A DNA stretch of 64,000 nucleotides, taken from the NCBI RefSeq assembly GCF_009914755.1, contig NC_060927.1, one strand, 5' to 3'. The first letter of the stretch is position 1. Each line of letters begins with the position of its first letter. The translations under genes were made by a program, and so were the position numbers. Positions 42,301 to 55,046 of the stretch are shown piece by piece. The notes under the pieces are model-generated. The model ran no database searches. It was given only the letters and a program-made list of their open reading frames with translations, and had not been told where the DNA came from. Source of the DNA: the human T2T-CHM13v2.0 reference genome, Homo sapiens.

Positions 42301-43943
42301 TTATGGCCATTTGGTGCACTGTGGGCCCTCACAAGGGTCTTCACAGCAAAACTTCTGTCTTCTAGATCATTGTCCTCCTTCCCCTGAAAGGGAGTTCCTA
42401 CAACCAATTTTTAAGCCTTGGGTGCAGAATGTTGAGTTAGCCTCTTCAGTTTGTGGCTCATAATCATCGTTGGTCCATGCCTCTTTTGTTTTATTTACTT
42501 CCTTATTCTCCATTCTCTATTCCCATTTCCTTCTAGCTTCTGCCCTCAGTCAGTCATTCTAAAGTGTTTAATGTGTATCCTTCTATAAATGACATACTGT
42601 TGTTCTGTATACTTGTATTTTAAATTTACCTAAATGGTATTGTATCATATATATTTCATTATTTTTCTTATTTTACTGAGCTCTGTGTTTTCCAGATCCA
42701 TCCTCATTGCCATGTACATAGTTGATTGGTTACTGCTAACTGTTATCTAGTACATACATTATGGTGAACATCACAATTTAACTAGCTACTCTTCCAACCT
42801 CCTGCAACCTGAAAGTTCAACATCTGCATACTCGTGCCCCTTGAACCTGTGTGAGAATTACTTGGGGCATATGCCCCAGGAGCAGAGTAGCTGGGTCATA
42901 GGTATGTGTATACCTAACTTGATTAAGTACCACCAGACTGTTTTTCAGAATGGCTGTACCACATTCATCAGCAGCACAAGACAATTTCCATGCCCCTACT
43001 TTCCCTCCAGCATTTGGCATTATCCAGTTTTCCAATTTTACAAGACTAATAAGTTCTAAGCTCAGAACTTATTAGTTCTCTTTGTTATTTAATTAGCATT
43101 TCTCTGATTAAAAATGAGTTTGAGCATCTCTTCACATGTTTATTAGCCCTTTGAGTTTTTTTCTATAAAATGCTAAGTCATATCCTTTGAACATTTTAAA
43201 TTCAGGGTTGCTATCTATTTTCCATTTGACTTGCAGAAGTTTCTTGTATATTATAAATAATACATTTTTTGTTGATATAAAATGCCACAAATATATTCTT
43301 CCATTCCGTCCATTCTGTCACCTATTAACACCTATTAACTCTTTCCATATATCTTACATTGAACTGAAAAATACAAAAATACTTTTGATATGATTGAATC
43401 CACCTGTTTTCTGCTATGTGTTTTGTGTTTTTGAAATTGCTTAGGAAGTGCTTTCCTACCTCTATGTCACAGTGATATTATGCTTTCTATATTTTATCCT
43501 AATCATTATAGACATTTATCTTACACATTTAGATCTTGTATCCATTTGGAATAAAATTATATCAAGTATCATTGGATACCTGATATTAAATATTAGGATA
43601 TTGGAATAAAATGATATTAGGATCCTGCTTTATTTTTCTTGTGTTCCAGTTTTGCCAGCCCTGTTATTAAACAATATTTTCTTTGATTCACAGTGTCATT
43701 TTATCCTATAAGAAGCATGGTAATGGGTCTGTATTAGCCCTCTATTCTGTTCTTTTGGTTTGTATTTTGTTTGTAGAACAATATTAGACTGTTTTTATTA
43801 CTGTGGCTTTATAGTATATTTTATTATCTGATAAAGCCTTCTTTATTCTTCTTAAGGTTGACTTATTTAACTATACATTTTTATTCTTCCATAGAAATTA
43901 TTGAGGCACAACTTGCATACATCAAAGGTTATATATAATTTTC

Positions 43944-44065
43944 AGTGGGCGCAGTGGCTCATGCCTGTAATCCCAACACTTAGGAAGCCGAGGTGGGAGG
44001 ATTGCTTGAACTCAAGAGTTTGAGGCCAACCTAGGCAACCTAGCAAGACTCTGTCTTGAAAAAAA
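43944..44065 (+). mobile_element. FLAM (free left Alu monomer)
   Basis: Single monomer with A tail; TSD TATATATAATTTTCA. Confidence 0.9.
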
Positions 44066-44168
44066 TGATATATATAATTTTCAAATTCTTAAGCTGAATA
44101 CTTATGATCTTTCCATGTTTGTTGTGTATAAGAGTATATCTCAATTTATATGGAAGAATAAAATTTTT

Positions 44169-44358
44169 TACTAAATTTTTAATTTTAAATGTTTGTGGGT
44201 TCATAGTAGGTGTATATATTTATGAGGTATATGAGATATTTTGATACAGGCATGTAATGTGTAGTAATCACAAGCACAGGTAACCAAAGCAAAAGTGGAC
44301 AAATAGGATCACAACAACTTAAAAAAGCTTTTGCACAGCAAAGGAAACAATCAATAAA
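44169..44358 (-). mobile_element. ~190-bp L1MA-type insertion with 5' inversion
   Basis: Antisense 3' end (44169-44272) joined to a sense ORF2 piece (44271-44357); TSD AAGAATAAAA(A)TTTTT. Confidence 0.8.
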
Positions 44359-44845
44359 AAGAATAAAAATTTTTAATTAGCTGAGACAGTCTTAGGATGT
44401 AGAATATTTTTATCACCCCAGAAAATTTCCATGTGAACTTCTGTCAATCCCCCCCACACTATGATCATTTTGTTTACTACTACCATTGATTAGTTTTTCC
44501 TGATTAGAACCTCATGTAGATGGAATTAGACAGCCCATATTCTTTTAGATCTAGGTTTTATTTTTTAAGTTTCACCACTGTTATTGCAAGTATTTACATT
44601 TCATTCCTTTTTAGTGCTGAGTAGGTTTGTTTTTCCATTTACCTGTTGACAGACACTTGTAACCGCTCTGAATTTTTTGATGTTATATAAATGAACATTA
44701 TAAACATTATTGTTGAACTCTTTTTGTGGTCACATGTTTCATTTGTCTTTGGTAAATACTTAGAATAAATATTGCTAGGTCTTAGGGTATAGACTTACAT
44801 TTAACTTTATAAAACAATGCCAAACTAATTTTCAGAATCACTGTA

Positions 44846-45152
<307 letters not shown>

Positions 45153-46737
45153 TCACTGTAGCAGTTTACATTTCACCAGCAATGTCTGAGAGTTGCAGTT
45201 GCTCCACATTCTCATCGACATTTGGTATTGTCAGTCTTTTAGATAAAAGCTATTCTAGTGGGTATGAAATGTATCTCGTTTTAATTTGCATTTCCCTGGT
45301 GACTAATGATGGTGAAAACTTTACCTGTGCTTATTGCGTAATCTTTCATGAAGTGACTCTTCAGTCTCTTCCCTATTTTTTCTTGGATTACTTATCTTTT
45401 CATTATTGACTTATAGACGTTCTCAGCACTCCCTCCTCACTTCAATGTGTTGAACACGAGTCTTTTGTCAAATAAATATATTGTGAATTTTTTTCCAATA
45501 TATCTATTGGAAATTTAAAATTTTCCAATTTTCCATATTTTCCAATATGGCTTGCCTTTTCATTTTCTAAATGGTACCATTTTATCAGCAGAAAGTTTTA
45601 ATTTTGTGGGAGCTTAATTTATCATTTTTATTTTATGGTTAGTTCTTTTTGAGTTATCATTAAGAAATCTTTACCTACCCATGGTCACAAAGACATTCTT
45701 GTATGTTTTATTTAAGAAAGTTTATGGTTCTAATATTTAAAGTTAGGTCTATAATCTCTCTGAAATTATTATTTTTTGCATATGTTACTGAGCTAGATTT
45801 TAATTTTTTTTCCTCCACAGAGATATCAGTTGTTTAGCACATTCTGTTAAAAAGACTTTCCTTTCCTCACTGAATTACTTTGGTTCTTTGGTCAAAAATC
45901 TCTATATGTGTAGGCATATTTTGGGATTTTCTATTCTGTTTCATTGACCTACAGGTTTTTTTTAATGCTGATAACACATGGTCTTGATTACTGTAACTTT
46001 ACAGTAGGTTTTGAAATCAGGTAGTGTAAGTCCTCCAACTTTGTTCTTATTTTTTCAGATTATTTTGAATATTCTAGATTCTTTACATTTCCATATACAT
46101 TTTAGAATTAGACTTACCTTTTCAATTTATTTTTTAAAATACTTCTAAAATTTCAACTGGGATTGTACTAAATCTTTTGGTTAATTTAGAGAAAGTAGAC
46201 AATTTTATCAGCTTTGAATAGTATAACCCACGAATATGATGCTATCTTTCCATTTTGTTCTTTAATTTCTCCCAGAAATATTTTATAATTTTCAGGGTAG
46301 AAGTCTTGCTTATCTTTTGTTACATTCATCTTAGGTATTTTTTTTTACTTTTAAAATTTCATTTTCTGTTTATTCATACTAATATATAAATATATAATAA
46401 ATTTTTAAATGTTGATCTCATATCCTTTAACCTTAGTAAAGTCAATTACCAAATTTAGGTGATTCCATAGTATTTTCTACATATAAAATTATGGTATTTG
46501 TGAATAAAGACTTTTTATTCTTCCTTTTCAATTTTTGCACTTTTTTTTTTCTTGTCTTATTGCACTGAGTTAAGAGTTCTCGGACAATGTTGTAGAGAAG
46601 TGGTGAGAGAAGAAATCTTTGGAAACAGTTGTTCCCAATCTTAAGGTATTCAATGTTTTACTTTTTACATTCAAATGTGAACTTTTTACTGCATGCTTTT
46701 CACTGTTGCCTTATATTAGATCAAGGAAGTTCCCTTC

Positions 46738-47253
46738 TGTGGTAGGCAATATAATGGCTCCCGAAGACGTCCATGTCCTAATTTCAGAAGCCTAAAAATA
46801 TGTTATGTTACTTGCCAAAGTGGAATTAAGATTACAGATGGAATTAAATTTGCTAATTGGCCTTAAAATAATAGATAATTCTAGATTACCTGGATAGGCC
46901 CAAAGTAATCACAAAGGTCCTTAAAAGTGGAAGAGGGAAGCAAAAGAAGAGAGTCAGATGGAGATGGAACTACTAGAAAAATGGCCAGAGAGATCCATTG
47001 TTGGTGGTGTTGAAGGTGGAGAAAGAGGGCTACGTGCCAAGAATGTAGATATCCTGTAAAAACTGGAAAATGCAAGAGAGCAAATTCTCCTGTTGTGCCT
47101 CTGGAAAGGCACACAGCCCTGCCAATGTCTTGATTTGAGTCCAGTGAAAACTGTTTAAGATTTCAAATTCTCAAAACTGTAAGATCATGTTTGTGTTGTT
47201 TAAGCCACTATATCTATGGTTGTTTGTTACAGCAGCAATAGGAAACTAATACA
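46738..47253 (+). mobile_element. MLT1D-type MaLR solo LTR
   Basis: TGTGGTAGGCA start and GCAGCAATAGGAAACTAATACA end; 5-bp TSD CCTTC/CTTTC. Confidence 0.9.
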
Positions 47254-48442
47254 CTTTCAAATTTGACTTTTCTTAGAGGTTGTTTTTTAAATAAATGAGT
47301 GCTTTGCTGTTTCCGCTCTTGACCATGCATCACACTGTCTTGATTGTCCTGTGTCTCATAATTTTTAAACTGTATTTCAGACACTGTGTTAAAATCACAG
47401 TAGAGACTGAGGTAAATAATTTTGTCCTCCAGGAAAAGGCATGATTGATTCTTCTTTTCTCAGGCTGCTTAGTGTAGGGGATGAGTTAATCTAAAGTCTA
47501 GTTCAACTGGGCCCAGAGATTTCTTGAACTTTTAATTTGTTTCAATTCCCACTGGCTTCAAATATTTTGAGGGTAGAATCAAGACTTCCCCTTCAGTAGG
47601 GTTGGGGATCCAGGGATCCAGGGCTCTGAGTATCTCTTTATACTTTACAGCTTAACTACCAGCTTTCTGAGCCATGTTAGCTCTTTTGCTGTGAGGAGTT
47701 CACTCTGATTTCTGTCCCCACCCTGTCTTTCTACACCCCAGGAAATCTCTCTCTGCCTTGTTCCCCTGCTCCAGTTTTCAGAGGGCCACCTCAATGTACC
47801 TGTTGAGGTTCGTGATGTCTTTGAACTTTTCAAGAGGTTTTCAGCTCTCCAGCCTGTCCTCAACTGATGGCAGCTACTTTTTATGAAGGCCAGCATGCCC
47901 CAGAGGAAATCTTTTTAGTTTTCCTGTTTCATGTAAATTATAAAGTACATTTATCAAGTCCCTTTAACACTCCAGCTGGAAAATTAATTGGACTTACATT
48001 GAATTTATAAACTAATTTGGGGAGAATTCACATTCTTGTGATATTAACTGGCCCATTCATGACTTTGGAATGGGTCTCCATTTATTCAGATCATCATACA
48101 TACATATATTTTTATTTGTTATAACTTTAAATTTTACTCACTGTAGGCATTTTTATTCTTACATATTTTGTGTTTTTTGTAGCTATTGTGAATGGTATCT
48201 TTTTAGAAATTATATTTGCCAGTTATTATACACTAGATTATTACTAGTGTAAAGAAATGATACTAATTTTTGAAATTGCTCTTCAATCCAGTAACTTCAG
48301 CAAGTTCTTGTATTTTGTTTGATTCTGCTGTTGTTTCTTGGTAGATGTTTATAACATTTCCAAATACTGAGTGTTTTATTTTCCAAGTATTTTACCTCTT
48401 TTTTTTTCCACTGCTGGCCTGGACTTGAGTGCTCTGTTGATC

Positions 48443-49185
48443 AGTGGCAGACAATCATTTTTATACCACCTGATGCTTCCCAGCCCCATTTCATGTCTTC
48501 CTGGCCACAGCTGTATTGAACTAAAAATGAGCACCTGATGTAAGCTGGGCTAATCAGATCCTCTCCCCCAGGAATTTGGGGTTGGAATTCAGAATTGGTG
48601 GGCAGCCTCTCTCCGGCAGGTGAATTAAAGGATATTGTAAATGTTGAACGGAAGCAGCCATGTTTGGTCACTTGCACACAAAAACAGAGAGAGAGAGGAG
48701 GAAGCAAGGAAAAAGAAGGCAGTTTAAGAGAGTGCAGAGAGAGAGAGAACAGGCAGACAAAAGGACACACAGAGACAGACACACAGATAATTATAAAGAC
48801 ATATGGAGAGATATACCATGAAGAGGCAAGGTCAGGGAGGCACACCCTACACATGCAGCCACACTTTTAGAGAAAGAGATGGACACACAGAAAGAAAGGC
48901 AGACAGGCATGGAGAAAAATGCAGAGACAGACACAGCAGGTAAAGAGAGAGAGACAGACAGACAGACAGACTGGAGTCCCAGACTCAGAGAAGCCATATG
49001 AGACCATCAAAGATACAGAGGCAGAGAAGCTGCTTCCACTCCTGGGGTCTGCATGGCTTGTTGGCTGCAGCTCCTTGGGAGGACTGTCTATAATTTCTGC
49101 CCACAGGTTTGGTGAGATTCCTCTGAATCCTCATAACAAATCTGATTTTACATAAGCTTGCTTGAGGGGCTTCTTTTGACATTAA
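48443..49185 (+). mobile_element. ERVL LTR33/LTR16-type LTR with an expanded internal GA/GACA-rich tract (about 48685-49030)
   Basis: GGCCACAGCTG...CACCTGA...AAGCTGGGCTAATCAGATCCTCTCC...GGAATTTGG. Confidence 0.65.
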
Positions 49186-49249
49186 ATGCACAATCCAGCC
49201 CAGAGCTCTTCTCTGCACTCCAGTTTTGAACAAAACTTTACTGTAGCTT

Positions 49250-49900
49250 AAAAGTTCAAAGACACCACAAACCTAACCCTTCCAAATGAAGCTCTTGATT
49301 ATTTCCTCCCAAACACAACATCACACCCCTGTCCTACATTCTCAGAAATACAGGAGCCACTTTTGATTCCTCCCTTTCCCTCAGCCCCTATAGCCAACCC
49401 ATCACTTCATTTGGTTAGTTGTGTCTGTAATTGGTCCACATTTCTCCATTTGCACATCCCCATCCTGGTCTAGCCACCATTGTCCCTCACCTGTATCACC
49501 CCAGCAGCCTCCTCATTTGTCATCCTGCCTTCGCTTTTACCCACTCCTATCCATTCTTTATACAGTTTCCAGAGGATTCCTCTTAAAATGTATATTATCT
49601 CATAACATGTCCCTGCTTACTTTTAGAAAGGCTTCCTATTCCACTTTGCACAAAATGTGGCACCTACTGCAGCTTAGCAGGCCTGCAGGACCTGCACCTA
49701 CATCCTCCCTCAGTCACTAGGTGCCACGCCACACACCAAGCCCATACTGACCTCAGGGCAGTGGCACCTGCTGGGGTCTCTGCCCTGACACTTTCTATGG
49801 TCAGCTTCTTATCAGGAAGGTCTCACTTAAGTGTCATTATACCAGGAAGGTCTCACTTAAGTGTCATTATACCTGTTAGATGCTGTTTAAGTTCTTTCCT
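49250..49900 (+). mobile_element. L2 LINE fragment
   Basis: TTGATTCCTCCCTTTCCCTCA, TCCACATTTCTCCAT, CCTCAGGGC...GCACCTGCTG. Confidence 0.65.
49813..49872. repeat. Perfect 30-bp tandem duplication
   Basis: CAGGAAGGTCTCACTTAAGTGTCATTATAC x2. Confidence 0.97.
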
Positions 49901-50129
49901 TATCAATCTATCTTTGCCAGTGGGTGCTTTGCCCTCATTTAGGAAGTCCTCTCACATGAAAGCCTAAACCCTGTGATCCTGGATGGTGCAACTCAAAGTC
50001 CCTCCAGGGAAGGTTCCAGGAACTCGGTTGTGAGCAGTTTTATCCTCCACTGAACTCTCAGATCACTTTGTCCTCTAAGTTCTTGTGACCACATTGGCAA
50101 GGAAGATATGTTTTGGGGTGTCTGTCTAC

Positions 50130-50580
50130 CTCACAAACATCTCCTGTTTTGACAGACTGCCACCCCACAGCCACAGGAAGGGTCCCAGAGCTGTCTGCAT
50201 CACATGGCCCATCTCCATATATTCCCCCATAGTTGATTGGATGAGAAAGGGCCAGGTTGGGTTAGCTGGACTCTCTGTCCTGGGATGCTGCTTTAGGCCT
50301 GAGAGGCATTGATTTCAAGCTGTGTTTTGAGGCTAGAACTAAGGCATTGTGGAGCAACCATGTGACCTGTGCAGCAGAGAGTATGGGGATGAGGCAAAAG
50401 GCAAGCTGGAGGAGCTGCTTCTAGTCTCAGGTCAGCCCCTGGGAGCCCTAGCTGTTCTTCCCTTTCCTGATGTAGTCATATCTATGTCTTTATAGTGAAC
50501 AATTCCATGGCTTATGTCTACAGCTTGCTTTAGCTAATTTGTATAGATTTCTGCTACATACAACCACAAGTCTTGACTAA
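50130..50580 (+). mobile_element. ERVL LTR33-type fragment
   Basis: CCATAGTTGATTGG and the end CAACCACAAGTCTTGACTAA. Confidence 0.5.
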
Positions 50581-50599
50581 ATTGGATATTTATGGCAGT

Positions 50600-50748
50600 G
50601 TGTTATGGTTACCACATCTTTCCTCTGAGCTTTCAGCTTCTGGAGGGCAGAAATCTGATTCCACACATTTTTGTATCCTCACAGTGCCTAGTGCAGTGTG
50701 ATATGAACAGTAGGGTTTCAATTACAAATTTGTCAAATAAATGAACTA
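50600..50748 (+). mobile_element. L2 3' end
   Basis: TGGAGGGCAG...TTTGTATCCTCACAGTGCCTAG...AAATTTGTCAAATAAATGAA. Confidence 0.7.
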
Positions 50749-52714
50749 TTTATACTAGAAAATATATCCAGATGACCTTATTTATATTGTCTACGAAATA
50801 GAACTAAATGCAGTAATAATGTTTTCCAAGAAACAGTGATTAATCTTAAAAATGCTTAGTATTCAAACAGCAGATACTTAAGAAAGTTTTCATTTTAATG
50901 TGAACTCAAGCAATCATATCTTGTAAGTAACTTTTTTTGATCCTTCTCTGCTTCTGAATCTTCAGTGACTCCCAGTGCCTACTGAATTCTATCCAAAATC
51001 TTAGAGTGGGAATTCAAGATCCCCCAGAATATGGTCCTAGGTTCTCTTCTCCATTTTATCTTCTGTCTCATACTCCAGTCAGATTAGACCACTCCTGATT
51101 CTTCCTCTCAACCATTTTGCTTAGACTCCTACTATAATACTTACGATGCCCTCCCTTCATCTTTACTCTCAAAATTCTTAGCTTCTTCTTGGAGTTGGGA
51201 ACTGCATTTCTTTTTTACTTTATACAAATTCAACTTGCTCCCTCTTCCTCCAGAAATTCTCAAAGCAGTGCACAAAGGATCATGGTAGGAAGGGAAGTAC
51301 ATATGCAGGGGCTTGAGCTCAAAGAACCAAGGTGTAAGAAACGCTCATAAGTAAAATTAGTCCATCAATTAAATACTTTCAACAAATGCTTCCTGGGTAC
51401 TTACAACATACAGACACTGCACCAATTGTTAAGGTTTTTCTTAATTTTTCAATAGCCCCTTCTCCACAATTGTTGACATGGACAAGTGGTATTTCCTCAA
51501 TCCTTTTGAAAAGAATAGAAAACTACAGCTTTAGCTAGCCCTTACCCACCAGCTTGAAGTCCATTAACCCATTTCTGTAGAAAAATTCTTGAGCCTTCAA
51601 TAAATAATAGCTTCAAGGATTTAAGCCCTGGAGACTGTGAGAACATAAAGAAAAAGGTACCCTCCTCCTCGTCTGGCTGAACCTAGGGATGTCAAGGAGG
51701 ACTTCCTGGAGGAGGTAAACTGAGTTATGTTTGAAAATTATGGTGAATTTGTTTCTGGCAACCCATCTGAAGCTGCCTTTTGGTCTTCCCACACCATCAC
51801 TCCTCTCCTTCTAGGTCTGGAGAGGTGGCTGAAGTGTGAATGCTTCTCCCACAAACCTTTTAGATAGACCAAAAATACCCCAGTGTCACTTACATTCATA
51901 ATTAACCCTTAAGCACTTCATTTTATGAAGAGTAGCATTGTCTTCTCAGTTATTTCTGTGCTAATTCAGACTTTGAGAAATCAAGTTTGCTGAAGGTGAG
52001 GGGCCCCCAGACGCAGGGTGACAGTTGGTCAGGATCAGCACTTGCTGTTTTCTATATTCAGCATCTTAATGCGGCTGGCAAAAATCCATACTGCACGGCC
52101 TGCGCCTGCTGCACAAGTCTCTTTGGGTCATAGAAAACTCTATAATATTCATTTTCCAGAAATCGAAAATTTCCCTTCAGGTAACACATCAAGATTTACA
52201 GCACCTTGGACAAAATTAGGCATTGGATTAGGAATTCAATGCATGACAATCTGTCTTCCTTCCAGAGAGATATTGTTGCACAAATCAGAAAATCATAGCC
52301 TGGTTGTATAATCAACAACATTTCATTCCAGAAAGCATATTATAGCTGGAGTGATAAGGCCTATTGAAGCCACGGATGGCAATTCTTGAGGTTTCTGAAC
52401 AGCCACACTTTCTGGGAACCCTTGTGGCTTTTCCAAACGCATTTGAGCATTTGAGGATTTTCAAGTCAGCTCTGTTCCTTGTAACAGGAGCTGATACAGC
52501 CAAGGTCATGGGTTCATTCCAACAAGGGACAGTTTTCTTCACTTTTTATGGCTATATTTTCAATCTTTAAAGCTGTTCCAGTGAATATCTTCCATGTTAA
52601 AAAAAAAACACAAAAATAAATCTACTAATCCCACATCTCATTCTTGTTACAATCTTATTTTTCAAATCCTTCACAGCCAAGCAACAACATTAATACATGT
52701 CATGTTTCCCCTAA

Positions 52715-52900
52715 TTACCATTTATGGCACACTTACTATTTGTCAAATACACAATGTTTTATCTAATTTTATTTCATCACAGCAATCCTATAAGATCAGT
52801 ATTGATATACCTATTTCTAGGTTGAAAAACAGAGGTTTGGAGAGGTCAAGAAAGTTCTTTGAGGTGCCACAGCTAAGACGTGGCACAGTGAGGATGACTT
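52715..52900. mobile_element. MIR
   Basis: CCATTTATGGCACACTTACTA, CACAGCAATCCTATAAG, GAAAAACAGAGGTTTGGAGAGGT. Confidence 0.75.
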
Positions 52901-54427
52901 TCTGGGCCTCTTTTCACTCCCACTTGTACCCAGGGCAGCCTGGCTTTCTCCTCCATGGGGTTGCTGCAATGACTCTCATTGAGGACATCAGTGACTACAG
53001 TTAAATCCAGTGGAAAGTTTTCACTCCTTACCTTAGCTGACCTCTCTGCAGCATTTGCCACGGCCCTCTTCCCTCAGCCTGCATGATGCCATGCCTTCTG
53101 AGTCTCCTTCACCTCCACTGGATGCTCCTTCTGTCTCCTGTGTAGCTTTGCTTGTCTCTGTCATCTCTTGATGTTGGTGTTATTGGGAGTCCTGTGCACC
53201 TCACAGGGTGCCCACCCTCAGATGGTCTCATGGATCCCCATGGCTGCAGCAGCCATCTGTACGCTGCCAACTCCTAGGTCTGTATCTCAGCTTGGCCCTC
53301 TCTTCTCAGTCTCAGACCTGAAGGTCCCACCGCCCACTGGACCTCAATGTCCTGGATGCCCTGCAGGCACATCAAGTCCACACTAAAGGGAACATATGAC
53401 ACAGTAGTCCTTAGGGACAATCAAGATTGACCCAATCAGGCCTCCCACCACTGTGGATCTCTTACCTTATTCACACACTCTACATAGCTCTGTGTGGCTC
53501 AAGCTCCCCACCGCCCAACCTCCTATCCACTTCTCCTGCTGTCTGGGATTTATATACCTCTTCTCTGAATGATCCTTCCACTTTCTTGCTCTCATTGACA
53601 CCTGAGTTCCCACTAGGAATATGACTGTCTCAGCAGCCTTCTCAAGTAGAGGCTGTCTTTTCCCTTTCAGAGCCTAGGCTTGAGAGAGGTGTCCTCCTTG
53701 CTCCTCATTGTCATTTCCTGGTGGTCATGTCTTCCTTATTCCTAGACAGGTCTCCATGACAGGCCTCCATGCTAGTTTGTTTGACTTGAACATCATTGGG
53801 TTATACACTGTCTAACACTGTTTGTTGCAATTATATACTCTCCTCTTAGTGACTCTTCTTCTGGTATCAGTCATCAAAGATTTTAACGCCTGGCTCACTG
53901 TATTTTTCTCCTCCACTAGCTCTGCCATCACTTGTTGTGACTTCAGCATTCCTGGAGATGAGTCATCTAACTTCCTGACCTCTCAGTTGCTTAACTGACT
54001 CATCTCCAATAATACCTTCCTCCACTCCACTTCAGTCATCCCCTCCCAGGGCCCACCAAAGACCTTGTCTTTAAAAGATCTTAACCCCAGAGTCTTAATG
54101 CTATGCATAGCTACTCTGACCACTGCCAGCTTTCCTGCTTGTTTCCTTTAGTGTCCTCCTTCTGGCAAGTCTTTGACTCACTGGGATCTCTAACATTGAG
54201 CCTGCCACATTTTCACTACCCAACACCATGATTTCTGTTATTTTAAAACTTCTATTCCATCACTATATTTAATTCTTGGATACACCTCTGCTTCTCTCTC
54301 TCTCTCTTTTTTTTTCATTATACTTTCCTGGAAAAATCCTAATCCTGTCAGTTAAAGCCAACTTTCCAAACATTCTACACCTGCATCTAAGTAGTTAGCC
54401 CTGGCCACAGAAAAATATCAAGTCTCA

Positions 54428-55046
54428 TGTCTTAGTTCACTTTGAGCTGCTATAACAGAATGCCTGAGACTTGGCAATTTATACAGAATAGAGATTTGTT
54501 TCTCCCAGTTCTGGAGGCTGGGAAGTCCAAGGGTAAAGGTTCCACATCTGATGAGGGCATTCTTGCTGTTCATCCCATGGCAGAAGGCATCAAATTCATG
54601 AGAGAGAGAGAGAAGCGGGGACAAACTCATTTTTTTTTTTTTTTTGAGACAAGATCTCGGCTCACTGCAACCTCCACCTCCCAAGTTCAAACAATTCTCT
54701 TGCATCAGCCTCCCGAGTAGCTGGGATTATAGGCATGCTCTACCATGCTCAGCTAATTTTTTGTATTTTTTAGTAAAGACAGGGTTTCACTATGTTGGCC
54801 AGGCTAGTCTTGAACTCTTGACCTCAAGTGATCTACCCACCTCAGCCTCCTAAACTGCTGGGTTACAGGCGTGAGCCACCGTGCCCAGCCATAAACTCAT
54901 TTTTTATCAGGTGCCCACTCATGCATTAATGGCATCACTCCATTCATGACAGAAGAGGCTTTATGAGGTCCTACCTCTCAAAACTGTTACATTAGGGACT
55001 GAGTTCCAGCACAGAAACTTTGGGGAGACACATTTGAACCATAATA
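54428..55046 (-). mobile_element. MST-type MaLR LTR containing an Alu
   Basis: TGTCTTAGT start, GCTGCTATAACAGAAT, CTGGAGGCTGGGAAGTCCAAG; 5-bp TSD TCTCA/CCTCA. Confidence 0.85.
54630..54890 (-). mobile_element. AluS with a ~35-bp deletion near its 3' end
   Basis: Poly(T)-GAGAC joins directly to AGATCTCGGCTCACTG; TSD AAACTCATTTTTT. Confidence 0.92.

Noticed and set aside
48441-49233. Several overlapping ORFs
   Set aside because: Low-complexity GA/GACA tract within an ERVL LTR.
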